64,000 nucleotides of DNA from Camelus dromedarius (taxonomy: Eukaryota), in assembly GCF_036321535.1 (NCBI RefSeq), contig NC_087437.1:84942001-85006000 (forward strand), given 5' to 3'. The notes beneath the pieces are model-generated. The model ran no database searches and was not told the origin of the DNA. It was given only the letters and a program-made list of their open reading frames with translations. This document shows, piece by piece, positions 39,320 to 51,679 of the stretch. A program made the position numbers and the translations under genes. Position 1 is the stretch's first letter. Each line of letters begins with the position of its first letter.

Positions 39320-40075
39320 ATTAATTCATTTAAAATTCTTGAGACTTTAATATGGTCCATGTATTAAAAAGTACACACATGGACCCTTATGGGGTTTATA
39401 CTTCAGTGAGGGCATCAGTATAGTCCTAATATGGTGTGATACATGCCTGAATGGAAATAACTTGAGTGGTGCTATCTATGTATATAGAGATATTTCTAAC
39501 ACTTTTTGAGAGGCATCAGAAAAGGTCTTCTGAAAGAGGTGGCATCATGAATGAAATATAAAATCTAAGTAAGAATTAGCTAGGCAAAGAGGGAAAGGAA
39601 TTGGGGCATGGAATAGAATCATCTTAAAGATCAAAGGATCAACTTTATTAAGTCTATGTCAGAGAGAAGGTAAATCATATTACAGGGAACTACAAACATT
39701 CAGTCTTACTAAAATATTGTGGTCAAGAAAGGAAGAATGATAAAGAGAATTCAAATCATGAGGGTCTTGTTAGGGAATCCAGAATTCATCTAAAAGCAAT
39801 GGGATTCCATTAACATATTTAACATAGCAGAGGATGTCATGCTAAAATCTGCATTTTAGAAGAGCAAACTTTGATTCCATATATAAAGACCAGAATGAAG
39901 ATGAGAAATACTGGTGACAGAACGTGCTGTCAGTATACTTTTGAAGTACACTAGTTGAGAGATGGTGATGTGGTTAAAATGAGTAGACACAGTGATGAAA
40001 AGGAAATAAGTAGATGGTAGTATGTAAGAGATATTTAGGAGTTGAAATCAGGAAGTCTTGTTAATTACTTTTGTA
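39320..40075 (-). mobile_element. L2 fragment
   Basis: Antisense L2 hallmarks: 'cccttatggggtttatacttcagtgagg', 'catcagaaaaggtcttctgaaagaggtggcat', 'aagcaatgggattccatt', 'gagatatttaggagttgaaatcaggaag'. Confidence 0.75.
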
Positions 40076-40277
40076 GAGGCTTAAAAATAATTATCAAAAG
40101 AACATGAGACCTATAATCTGCATGAAAATGTAAAACCAAATCCCTTTGTTTATATATAAATTATAAAATGTAGTTTATATTTTAAATGCATACACACTCA
40201 TTTAAATAGTATTTCAGAAACTTCTTCCTTAGCTGACAGAATATGTCGCTAATGAGAATATGCAATACTTTTTAGTC

Positions 40278-40730
40278 TTTTTTGTTTGTTTAATTTGGGT
40301 TTATTGAAGTATCGTTTGCAAACAACAAAATTTGTCATTACTAGATGTATAATGCAATAGATTTTGACAAACATAATTAAAATAATCAAATACAGAACAT
40401 TTTTTTACCTTCAGAAGTTCCACCGTGCCCCTTTGGAGTGAGCATTCTCACCCATCTTGTCCCCACTGCAATCTTTGTTCTGATTTCTCTCTCTTTAGTT
40501 TTGCTTTCTCTAAAATGTTCTAAAATGGAATCATTCAGAGTATGCATTGTAGTCTATGGCCGTACCACCCTGAATGCACCCAAACTCATCTGATCTCAGA
40601 ATATGTGTTGCATTTGCCTTTTTAAAATTTACTTAGCATAATGCTTTTGAGATTTATGCTGTTGCATATATGCTAGTTTGTCCTTTTTTATGACTAAATA
40701 AAATATATTCTATTGTATAAATGTAAAAAT
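40278..40730 (-). mobile_element. Old L1 (L1MB-like) 3' end, interrupted by a 5S retrocopy
   Basis: 'tttattgaagtat..gattttgacaaac..cagaagttccaccgtgcccctt..aaatggaatcat..cttagcataatgcttttgagatt'. Confidence 0.85.
40552..40601 (+). pseudogene. RNA5S: 5S rRNA retropseudogene (nt 1-50, tailless)
   Basis: GTCTATGGCCGTACCACCCTGAATGCACCCAAACTCATCTGATCTCAGAA matches mammalian 5S GTCTACGGCCATACCACCCTGAACGCGCCCGATCTCGTCTGATCTCGGAA at 42/50 positions. Six of the 8 mismatches are CpG decay. It starts exactly at 5S nt 1 and has a degenerate 15-bp TSD. Confidence 0.92.
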
Positions 40731-41269
40731 ACTTTATTATCTTTGAGTGGTTTCCTTTTGTATTTCTATTATCTGTCTCTGTATGTAACAGTTGGATTTC
40801 ATCTTACATATCAAATGATAGAAGACGTTAGCTTTACTCTTAATGCCAAGATAACCATTAAGTAGAATATTAGACTGGAAAGCCTGAAGACAAAACAAAC
40901 CCACATTTGGGAAAAATTTACTAATTCCTTTTATTTAATCAGATAAAATTTTCTCTCACTTCAGGTATCTGTCATCTATCAAGCTAGTTTGTGGAGCAAT
41001 CTGAAGTTGGTGCCCCGTATGAAGTGTTTATTTCTGTGAAAGAAAGGTGAGTATCTTTGTAATAACAATGTACAACTTTGAAGCAGGCTTAAGGCAGACT
41101 AGTGCCTTTTCCCATCTGTCATTTTTGCATCTTGAGATAAAGAAAATCTCCCACATTATTAGAACACACATTAGACAAGTCTCATGAAGTTATCAACTAT
41201 CCAGTGAACCCAAACTGAAAGGAAACTCGATTAGTAGAGATTGGAGATTGGATGGGTGTTTTAAAGAAA

Positions 41270-41720
41270 GATGGAATTGATGGTTAGAGCCAGTTTATGA
41301 TGTGGGCTTCTAAGTGTGTTCTAGTGCTATTCACTGAAATAGAAAAATACAAGGACAGAAGATTTAGGTGGAGATGATTAATACTGTTGTGGAAATACTA
41401 AGCTTTAAATGGCTCCTGAATACATGTGGGGAGTAGGCAGCAAATAGAAATACATAAGAACCTGGAAGTAAGGGGGAAAAAAACAAACAAACAAACTAGG
41501 CTTTATATGTAAACTTGAGAATCATCATCATTAACATCACTTACATACCATGATATAACCTAATAACTATGGAAAGATACCAAATACGGGCAAATAATAT
41601 ATATTAGCAAACCAAATATAGTGAAAGAAGAAAGAAAGAGAGGAAAGGGTATGGAAGAGGCAGGGAAACGTGGCTAAAACTGAACACTGAGGTTCGCCAT
41701 CTCCATGTAGTAAGGCTTAG
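41270..41720 (-). mobile_element. L2 fragment
   Basis: 'gtgctattcactgaaatagaaaaatacaagg..', 'aaacttgagaatcatcatcat' and 'ctgaacactgagg' resemble the antisense L2 body. Confidence 0.55.
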
Positions 41721-41769
41721 GCTGAGTGACTAACTAAAGAATGGATGCATAAACAAATGAATAACCTAT

Positions 41770-42115
41770 ACAAGCTAATGGTTTGCAACTCACCTAACTG
41801 GTTTGACAAATGTGGCATGATTATTGACCAAAGGGACTTCTGCAGGTCTCCCACTGAGAATTCCTTGGGACTCCTTCAAAGCCAGTGTTCCTGGCAAACA
41901 TCTTGGGGCTTCAAGACACAGACTCAGGGCAACTGTGCTCAAAGGTGGAGCTATATGAGGAGTTTGGGTTATTCATTTGTCTCTCCTGTGACCCTTGATG
42001 CTTGCCTGCATTTTCTTTCTTTCCCTGCTCTGTTGATTGCCTTTAAATAAAAGCCTCATGTTAGTATGCACTGTGGAGTCTAGTAAACCCTTTCAAATTT
42101 CAAACTGGAGAAAAA
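41770..42115 (+). mobile_element. Possible old LTR (ERVL/Gypsy-like) 3' part
   Basis: A TATA-like 'ctatat', then 'aataaaagcctcatgttagtatgcactgtggagtctagt...', a poly(A) signal plus U5 arrangement reminiscent of old LTR families. Confidence 0.35.
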
Positions 42116-42436
42116 AATATGCTTGATTCTTACCCCCTTCACTGTTAGGCAAAGGAAAGGAAACCCTTGCTGGGTCAGTAACTTCATGGCAGATACAGGC
42201 AGCTAAGATGACGTTTTCCTGGGTTGACAACAAATCCAGGAACTTAGTTATAATCAGACAATGATCAACACCAGAACCTGACTGAATTTTTCGTTGTCTA
42301 CAATCTTTCTCCACAATCTAGCTTTTGCTCTTGCCAATCGGAAATAAATATATGTCATAGTAATTTATACTCTTCTGGCTTTCAAGAGTTTGATAGCAAC
42401 ATTAGTCTCTAGAATACTTTATGGAATGTATCATTC

Positions 42437-42749
42437 TTTTTTTTTAATTGAAGTAGAATTGACATATAACATCATACTGATTTCAAATGTACAGCATAAT
42501 GATTGAATATTTTTATATATTTTGAAATGATCATAAGTGCACTATAAGGGTAGTAAACATCCATCACCTTCCTAGATACAAAAAAAAATGTGATAAGGAC
42601 TTTTAAGATCTTAGCAAACTTCAAATATGCAATACAGTGTTACAAACTATAGGCATCACTCTGACTACAATTGAGTGAAGGAGGTCAAAAGATACAACTT
42701 TCTGGTTATAAAATGAATTAAGTCTTGGGGATGTAATGTATAGCATGGT
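42437..42749 (-). mobile_element. 5'-inverted (twin-primed) short L1 (L1MA9-like)
   Basis: 42437-42660 is poly-T plus an antisense L1 3' end. 42673-42749 is the immediately upstream L1 segment in sense orientation ('gtgaaggaggtcaaaagatacaac..gtcttggggatgtaatgtatagcatgg'). Confidence 0.8.
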
Positions 42750-43409
42750 AGTTTTTTTGTTTTAACCTTTTAAAATTTTAATACATGAAGCTGATATTTT
42801 GGATGGAGCTATTAGATTGGTAATGCCTTGAGCAGACTGGAAAGATTCTGTATCTGACTAAGCCAGCTCCTTCCCCACACATTAAAAGTCTCATTTATTT
42901 TTGTTTACTATCTTTGTAGGATGAGAAGATATTTTTCATGGGCTTTCACTTAAGTCTTTTTACAATATGGCCTTTCAATCAATAGCTCAGGCAATCAACA
43001 TAAGTCATCTACCAGTAACTAATTTTATTTACTCCTTCTCTACGTGTTGAAACTGGGGAAGTAAATACCAAGGTTCTACAGCCCCACTGGACCCACTGTG
43101 GGATGACTTAGGCATGATCTTAACTCAATACCTGACCTCCTAAGTCCTCACTCAGGTCAGAGCATCATCATGTTGTTTTGGATCTCTAGGATTCAGGGTC
43201 TTTCAAAGACAATGCCCAATAACTCACATTACATTTGTTTACTAGCCATGCTCTAATACGGCCTAATTCTGGAAATCGGAAATAGGAAACTCTGGGAGAA
43301 TGGAGCAAAATGTCAAGTTATTCCTCTGATCTATTCCAGGCCACGTCAACAAACTGAACCAGGAAGAGGGCTCTGGAGCTGTAAACTTTGCTGAATTACT
43401 TAAGAGTGA

Positions 43410-43810
43410 GATATCATGAATTTTTAAGCTACAAATAGTTCAGTTTATATCTCCTAAGAGCAAAAACATTCTATTAGACAACCAACATGAAATTTTCAAA
43501 TTCAGGACATTTGTTAATTCATACAATAGTATTATTTAATGAATAGTCCATAGTTAAGTTTTACCAGTTGTCCTAACATAGCCCCCCTCCTCTGCCTTTT
43601 ATTTTTTAAAGTTTGGATCCAATTCCAGAATTATATATTGCATTTTTTTGTCACGTGTCTTTAGTTTCCTTTAACCTGAAAGAATTCCTCAGCCTTTCTT
43701 TATTTTTTTGACATTGAGATCATTTAAGAATATAGATAAATTGAACTATTTTAGAATATGGGATGTTGGAAAATCTTCCATAATTTGTGTGTGCCTGACT
43801 GTTTTCTCAT
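43410..43810 (-). mobile_element. L1MC4/5-like 3' fragment
   Basis: 'tctcctaagagcaaaaacattct..ccagttgtcctaa..ggatccaattccag..cacgtgtctttagtttcctttaacctgaaag..ttgacattga'. Confidence 0.75.
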
Positions 43811-45919
43811 AAGCAACCATACTGTAATTAGTAACAGAGTGGCTGAATCCATTATTCCTATTTCTCTTGAGCATTCGTTGTCCAGACTTTATTCTCTACA
43901 GTAAGGCAGGAAAGTTCTGACATTTCAACATTAAAAAAACAGAAGCAGCCGCTGAGTCCATTTATCAATCAGCCTACCTGATGGATTTTTCAAACCAGTC
44001 CCCGATTATTGAGCTAAAATACTAAAGTGATTCTGAGTTGAGGATACCCCATCAATAGACTTGACACCATCAGGCTCTATTCTGCTTGCCAATAGACACT
44101 TACTTGACAATAGATACTGTAACATTTTCTGCCAATAGGTCAGTAACACAGTCAGTATATAGGCTGTCCCTTTTAGTAATTATCCTCGTGTTTCTCTGTC
44201 TGGGATTTGATGGGCACTGATTCTCATTATGAGCTTGTAGTCAGTGAGAGGTGGTAGAGGTCAGTCCTGAGAAGAATTATCAGTTTATAAGGAAACTGAT
44301 TAAGGCCCAGTCATTGAAGCTCTTATGCAAGGGAATAACCTTTCTTCAGAAAATTTGTGTTTATACTCATACCTCTCATCCCAATGAAACATCACCATTT
44401 TCTTCCTTACCTTCTCCTGTTTCATCATTGCATCTCCCTTTGTCTTCTGACCTTAGGTTTATCAGGACCTTAATAGCATTCTACCCATATAGATTCAGTG
44501 AATCTGAAATTATCCCTCAAAAGAAAATCAAATCATGAATATTATAAGTTATACTGAAACACTGAATTTGTTTTACTTTGGCAGAATTAATAATTACCCA
44601 TTTCATTATTAGTAGTTCAACATTTGAAGCATTTGAAGGCGAATGATGTCTTTTATTGTGTATTCAAGAGGAATTCATTGTTTTTTAAATGCCTAATCAA
44701 TGGACATTCTTCCTTAAGAGTTCCAACCTGAGAAATTTATCAGTTGGTATAATTGCAGTTACTTGTGCAATCTATTTAACTTTCTGTTATAAAATTTATT
44801 ACTATTTCTTCGAAGATAATCCCCATGTTTTTTATACCACAAAACCGAAGAGCAGAGTACGTCATCAATGATGTCCACATTTATGCAGCTCCCAAAGATA
44901 AATCAAAACTAAATTAATGTTTTCTTGATAGTGCTTGCCCTAGCAGAGAGGACACACAGTGGTATGTGTTAAATTTGGTAACTTCTGTGGAATCAGCCTA
45001 CTTATGTCTATATCTGTTTGGCTATTTTCAGTTTAAAAAGTTAACCCTTTGAACATATAATAGGAAATTTTTTTCATGCTTAGTTGAGTAAGAAATTTAA
45101 AAGATACTTGAACAACTTAATGACCAAAACAAACAACAGAGGCTTATACTTTGAATTAGTTGGATTTTTTAAATTCTTTAAATCTTACAATAAAATTGTT
45201 TGATACATTATGGCAAAAATGATTTTCTAAAGGTGAGTAATTTTCATATAACAATGAAATGTTCTTTTTCAGTTTGATAAAATTAAACCATAATTATCAA
45301 TATGATTCTCCAACAAGTATTTAGAATAATTATTGGGCAATTAAAAGTTTGTGATCTCCTTTTTTCTTCAGATAAATTAACATTAAAATTTAGAATCTGG
45401 GCATTTAAGGTATCTTCACTGTCGTAAGAGAAACCAGCCATAGTATGTAACTGAGAATAGCTAATTATTAGAAGATTTAAAACATGTTTCCAAAGAAAAT
45501 GGGGAATTTGTTTTTTAATATACAGTTGTGTGATCTGTTAAAAATACAGTGGTGTGATCCCTGTGTAGTTATTACAATAATAGGTATCTATGAATCCATT
45601 AAAATCTTAATTATTAATACCAAAGTTTTGAAAAGTGAAAAAAGGTAACATTAGAATAGAAGGGAATACTGAAACAAAAGCTAAAGGTTAATGCTTTTAT
45701 GAACAAAAATTTCAATATATTGTAAAATGCTATTGAAACACGTAAATATCTATTTCCTTACAGTTTGGATTCCAAAATGGGAGCCACTTAATTTTGACAT
45801 AGGCCTAATTTGTAAATATTTACTACCACTGTTTTTATATAAGTATTGTAACAATTTATGAACATTTTTAATAAAATTCTGTTGTATAACACTTCCAGTG
45901 TACTGTAAAATCTCCTCTG

Positions 45920-45947
45920 TAGGTGAACTAGGTTGAACTAGGTTGAA
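45920..45947 (+). repeat. 10-bp tandem repeat (TGAACTAGGT) x~2.5
   Basis: taggtgaactaggttgaactaggttgaa. Confidence 0.85.
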
Positions 45948-46104
45948 TCATATTTCATTTTAGTATTTAGTCAGAAACTGCAAAAGATGAAAATGTTACA
46001 CTTTGCACAGTCATATATTTATATAAATGTTGATAACAGGTAAAATTACAGATATAGATATGGAGATGGGTATGGATGCAGATATAGAGAGATACTAGCA
46101 GTAA

Positions 46105-46823
46105 TGCCAAGTCTGGAGTCAGAGATGAGACTTTCCTTACTCACAGCAGTAGTAGTGGGCAGGGTAACATGGCAGCCTGGGTCTCCCCATCTTAGCACCC
46201 TGCCCCTGATGTGATGAGGGACACATAAATAAACCTACACTTACAGCAGGATTTTTCCATAGGATAAGGATACAGATAAATACATTTCTGTGCTTACAGA
46301 AGACAGCTGTCTCCCACTCCCCTCCTGAAAGAGGAAAATAATTGTAATCTTCTCAGTATAAACAGATTCTCTCCTCTAACAAAGAGGAGTAAGATCCTGG
46401 GTCTAAATCCTTTGAAATTTAAATAAATCCCTTCAGGGGAGAGATAAGGTAAACCTCTATAGTCTATGGTTTACAACCCAGGGTTTTATCCTTTTTTAAT
46501 GTAAACACATAGGAAGATACCTCTTTAAACTCCCCTGAGGCCTAGAGGCTGTTCCTTCACCCTTTCTGTTGACCAGGTCTCCACCCTGGAATGCAGCCTT
46601 TTAGTTGGTGGAAAGGTTAAGGAAAGGTTTATCCTCCTTTAGGTGGGGTAATAAGGAGACAAATGGCATCAGATCTGATACTCAAGGCATGTAAAAAGCA
46701 ACTGTTTCTGAGGGAAGTAAAACCAAATATTTGCTGTCTTCATAGCATATCAATTTCCACGTCTCAGGAGGCCAGGGCTTTGCAGGAACACTGAGAAATA
46801 CAGGGGAAATTTATCTTCCCACA
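46105..46823 (-). mobile_element. Probable ERVL-class solo LTR (MER54/MER74-group-like)
   Basis: A block of about 720 bp with raised GC, bounded by TG..CA. The minus-strand start 'tgtgggaagataaatttcccctgtatttctcagtgttcctgc' resembles the TGTTGGGAG..TTCTCC start of this LTR group. Confidence 0.55.
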
Positions 46824-47739
46824 TTACGGACCTTTTTATGTTTTGTGTAATAGCCCTATTTGTATTGATCTGTGAATTCATGAGCATGTAAAAAGCATAA
46901 AATGTCTCAAGTCAAACATAATCTCTCATGACTTTCCAAGGATTAGCTGGGTAGAATATTTATGCTGAGAAAGGCTACAATAAGTTATTTAGACACAACT
47001 TTTTATTCAGTCCAAATTGACTTCTATCAGCAATGACGGAGAGACATCATACCAACTCCTGAATAGATAGAATCTACCTAGCAGTTTACTTCTCCCACTA
47101 GTTTGATTTTTTTTTTAAAAGATCTTTGTTTATTATGGCAATTTAATTACATTATTCAGGTTGATTGCTAGGAATGAGATATTATTGTTTTGAAGGAAGG
47201 AAAAAATGAAGGAAGGAAAGAAAAGAGAAAACCTCCCTGGCAGCTAACAGCTGACAAGCGACAGCAAAGAGGAAGAACTAGGCTATAATATTCTCAAGCA
47301 AACGTAAATGATCTTCACAGAATATCAACAAAAAGCAGACAGGGACACTACATGATAGAACAAAGATCAGGTTAGGACATTCAGTATTACTAAATAAATA
47401 TGCTTTTCACTCAACTAACATTAAGAGCCACTATTTCTTTACCAATGACAATTCTAGCCCTATTTGTGCTTTCTGTCTTTACCTAAAATGTGTTGCTGTT
47501 AAATTATGAATTACCTAATCTTCCTAAGAGAACCTATTTATGAACAAATCTAGTTTCCTTAAATTCTCCCTCAAAATGACTCCATATAAGTTCAAATACT
47601 GTAGCAAAAGCCTCTCATCTCCGTCTTACTGTGATTCCCCCAGGTTCTCTACCATGTGTATTTTCCCTGCAAACTAACAAAGCAGACTCTGAACATAGTT
47701 ATGTTTCTGCTGCTCTTGTCTGTCAGGGTGGGGTCAGGT

Positions 47740-48165
47740 GGGATAGTGGTGGGGAACATGGAATACCAGGGAAAATAAACAACAAAATTAAAGATTCTGA
47801 TATGAAAGCATGCTTAGCACGTTCCAAGAAAGGGAAGAAGTGCACATGACTGAGACAGAGATAGTGATGGAGAAAGCAGTAAGAGATGAGATCAGAGAGC
47901 TAAGCAGTGACCAAAAAATAAAACAAACAAACAAAAAACAGGTAGAGCTTTGAAATAATAATGACTTTGAATTTTACTCTGAAGTAGGGTGTAATTTGAG
48001 GGTTTTGAGTAAAGTAGTGATGTCTATTATAAGTTTAAACAAGATCAAACTGCTCTATTCATAATAGTGTGAAAAGAAGCAGGTTTATAATCAAGGAGAT
48101 CAACTAGGAGGTGATTGTGATGATACAAATGAGTTGGGCCAGGTTGTAACAGTTGTAATGGAGAC
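47740..48165 (-). mobile_element. L2 fragment
   Basis: 'agcatgcttagcacgttccaagaa..gtaagagatgagatcagagag..gactttgaattttactctga..gagggttttgag..gagatcaactaggagg'. Confidence 0.8.
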
Positions 48166-48584
48166 ATATTTAAAGTGTAGCCAACTCATCTGTATCAGTT
48201 TTATTTCCCATTTCCCAAACCATCAAATGTTAATTAGTGTTCTCATTTTTTGTAAAGAAAATATTTTAGAGAGAGTCATGTATTTTAATATGTTTCTGTC
48301 ATATTGTTGCAATTAACAAGAAATAAGGATAAATGCTTCAAGTTAAAAAAAAAAACTCTGAACGATTTAGTAATGTACCATCAACTTGTAATAGTTTCAT
48401 CTTCTAGAACCTTTTTGATCAATATTAGTCAAGACTTTTAGCTTTAATATTGCTGTCTTGAAATTTGTTTTTATGGGAAAAAAACTAAAATGACTAGTAA
48501 ATGCTGAGAATTGACCACCTGTCTATTCAGTAACTTTGTCCTTCAATGGTGTAGTAAACTTTTGTTCACTTACACAAAATTGTC

Positions 48585-48780
48585 TTAAACTTTCAAAGAA
48601 TGTCTTATCGCTCTTGGATAAAATAAAAATGCTTAGCATATCCTACAGGATCCTTAGCCATTAAGTTCCAATTTGCTCTCCTGGTTTATCCTCAATAGTC
48701 CATGACGGCTACACACACTACCATCATCCACCCTGCCCTGCAGGCCTCTTACCTGCATTTTTCCCCTTTCCAAAAAGTTC
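48585..48780 (+). mobile_element. L2 fragment
   Basis: 'aaactttcaaag..cttggataaaataaaaatgcttagcatatcctacaggatcc' resembles the sense L2 body. Confidence 0.45.
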
Positions 48781-48857
48781 ATGCCCATTTACAAGTTTAT
48801 GTCAAGAACATATTTTTGTTGTTTAAAATAAGATTATCTAAACATTTTTCAGAAAAA

Positions 48858-49068
48858 TATTATTGTTGAAGTGTAGCAAAAATATATCACATAGGTCACA
48901 ACTCTTAAGTGCACGACTTCATTATAATTTTACAAAGTAGACGTATCAGTGTAACCATTACTCTGATAGAGTTGTAGAAATTACCAGCACCCTGGAACCT
49001 TTTTTTAATGCCACTGGTCAGTCTGTCCCTCCCTCAGCCCCCAACAAAGGTTCTAATGCCTATTAGCT
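48858..49068 (-). mobile_element. Old L1 (L1MC/MD-like) 3' end
   Basis: 'ttgaagtgtagc..cttaagtgcacgac..ttttacaaagt..gtgtaaccattac..ttaccagcaccctggaacc'. Confidence 0.7.
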
Positions 49069-49321
49069 TTTGTGGATATAAATAATGTAAGTAATTGTTG
49101 ACTATTTAGCTATAATAATATCATAAGCAATTGGAGAACAACTATCTGATTGAACAGAATCAAACTGTATAAATATAGGTGTCCTTGTTCTCCTCAAAAA
49201 AGAAGCGACCACTATAACCTAATGTTACTTTTTAGTTCTTCCAACAAAGACAAGGCTAAATCCTAAACATAACTCCTATCCGTGAAGTTTTCTCTCATTG
49301 TTGGTAAAACTCAAGTTATCC

Positions 49322-49671
49322 AAAGACAAATACTGTGTGATATCACTTAAATGTGGAATCTAAAAAACAAAAACAAACAAATATAACAAAATGAAAACAG
49401 ACTCAAAGATACAGAGAAAAAAAGGTAGGTGGACTACGTGAAGGAGATTAATAGGTACAAATGTCCAGTTGTAAAATAAGTAAGTCTTGGGGATGTAATA
49501 TACAGTATAAGGAATATGGTCAGTCATAGCATAATAATAACTTTGTATAGGGACCAATATTCACTAGACTTATTGTGGTGATCATTTCACAATGTATGCA
49601 AATGTCAAATCGCCGTGTAGTACACCAGAAACTGACATAACATTGTACATCAACTATCTTTCAATACATAA
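49322..49671 (+). mobile_element. L1 3' end (L1MA9-like), 5'-truncated
   Basis: 'aaagacaaatactgtgtgatatcacttaaatgtggaatctaaaaa..aacagactcaaagatacagag..gtggtgatcatttcacaatgtat..tacaccagaaactgacataacattgtacatcaactat'. Confidence 0.9.
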
Positions 49672-49693
49672 ATATATATATATATATATATAT
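49672..49693 (+). repeat. (TA)n microsatellite at the L1 tail
   Basis: atatatatatatatatatatat immediately after the L1 3' end. Confidence 0.9.
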
Positions 49694-50674
49694 GTATGTA
49701 GTACATGAGAAAAATAGTGAAGTTACTTACTTCCCTTTCTTGGTGGTATTTAGAATACTGTATTCTGATCTGACTTTATGCAGGTAACTACTTTGTCCTT
49801 GCGAACCATTACTATTGTTTAGTTAAAACAATTATAATTCTGAAAAGGTCTTTTTAATTTACTAGTCGGCTTAAAGAGGTTACATCTAGCAGAAGTTTTG
49901 TAACTGTATTTCTCATGTATTTTACTTTATTTGTCAGCTTAATTTGTGAAAAAATCTTGACCTTTAACTTTAGCTAGATAGTCACAACTCCTTAAGGAAA
50001 ATTCTGAGTGAAAGCTTAGCTCTGAATTGTGCACTGAAGGTCAGTTGATCTGGAATGTGTTATATCAACAAGCGGATTTCATATGCAACGTTTAAAAATC
50101 CTTAATGAAATGTAAAAGTATCCAATTATAGGAATACAGTGTTGTACAAAAAATATTTTGATTTCATATATGAATTCACTTTCTATGCAATACTTTTACT
50201 TTGGTTTTTTGTTTGTCTTTTTCCTATATGTATTCAGGTTTATTACTAAAAAGGGCTGATTATTTAAAACATCATTAATTTTTGAATTATCTCTGATATT
50301 TTATCTTGGAATATCCCTTTATTTGACAAATTTATTATATATGACATGACAGCTATGATCTCAATCTTTTGATAGGAGTTGTTGATTCCATGGTAAAAAC
50401 TGTTTCTTGCTATATGAAGTTTGCCTTCAAGAAATAATAACATATAAATACAACTAATAATAAGCAAACAGGATGAAAATTACAGGTACTATCAGAAATT
50501 ATGTTGTTGAAATTTATTCTATTTGTCTACTATGTTGCTTTATTATATGTTAAATTAAAAAATAAACTACGATTTTAGACAGTATGAAAAACATGAAATA
50601 AGAATCAAAATGAAGGAGCAGGAGAGGCAATGAAATACAAAATAAGACATTAGTCTAAAAATACATGTTTTCTA

Positions 50675-50885
50675 TACTCTAGTCTTAGGATTAACACTTA
50701 CCAGACAAGAGAATCTGAAGAAGTTATTCAATGCCCTGAGAGCCAGTTTCTCAATTTGAAAAATGAGAATACATAATAGTCCCATGAAATTCATAAGAGA
50801 GTTGTAGAGTTGTAGATAATCAAGTGAAATAATGTATATACAGCTGCTCTGTATACTAGGCATTAAACAAATACAAGAAGTTAAC
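50675..50885 (+). mobile_element. MIR
   Basis: 'cacttaccag..aagttattcaatgccctgagagccagtttctcaatttgaaaaatgagaata..gttgtag..caagtgaaataatgtatat'. Confidence 0.75.
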
Positions 50886-51679
50886 TTAAAAGTTGGTTCT
50901 CAGAAATGCAGTGTTCACATTATAGCTATCATGAGTTCCACTCACTTTCACAAAAGACTTTCCCTCTTCTAGTATAACATTCATTTTCACATGCAGTGCT
51001 TTAGGCTTACCCAACTGCAAACTAAAATATGACCGATATCAAAATCAGTTGTATACTTTTATTCTGATACACAAAAGTTATTTTCAGTTTTCATTTTAAC
51101 TCACACATTCCCCGAAACTGATAATGTACAAGGCTCAGATATTATTACTGGTGACACTGACTTGTCAGATAAATGGCATGTCAGTTTTCATTTATATTTC
51201 TGAATGCCTGGCAGAGAGTGACAGCTGCACAGAGCTTATAATTTGATGTCACATTATCTCAATGAATGGAGCAATTTCCATAGGAAAATACATTTGAAAT
51301 TAAACATTGAAAAGCCAGATAATGTTTTTACCAATTTAAAATGAGACTGAGCATTACAGGAATACATTTCATAGTTCTGACACAGTGTTTGAAGAAACAG
51401 GGACTGGGTAACGGAACAATTCAGAGAGATGGTAAGCACTCCATTTTTACTGTGTTAGAGCATTAGATATATTAATACATTTGAACCACTCTCCAGTCTA
51501 AATGATACTCTAGGTGCCACATAATGTGATTCTTTTTGGTACTGTCATGATTAAATTCCTTTTACTATTGGTCAAAACTGACTTTTAAAATACTTAATTC
51601 TATTTCATTTTGTTTTAGACTTTTTTTTTTTCCCTATTAGTGACAAAAGCATACTCCTCAAAGCTGTTTATTTCTTCTG

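Noticed and set aside
40552..40601. Functional 5S rRNA gene
   Set aside because: It is only 50 of about 120 nt, all CpGs have decayed, and it lacks the internal control region and terminator.
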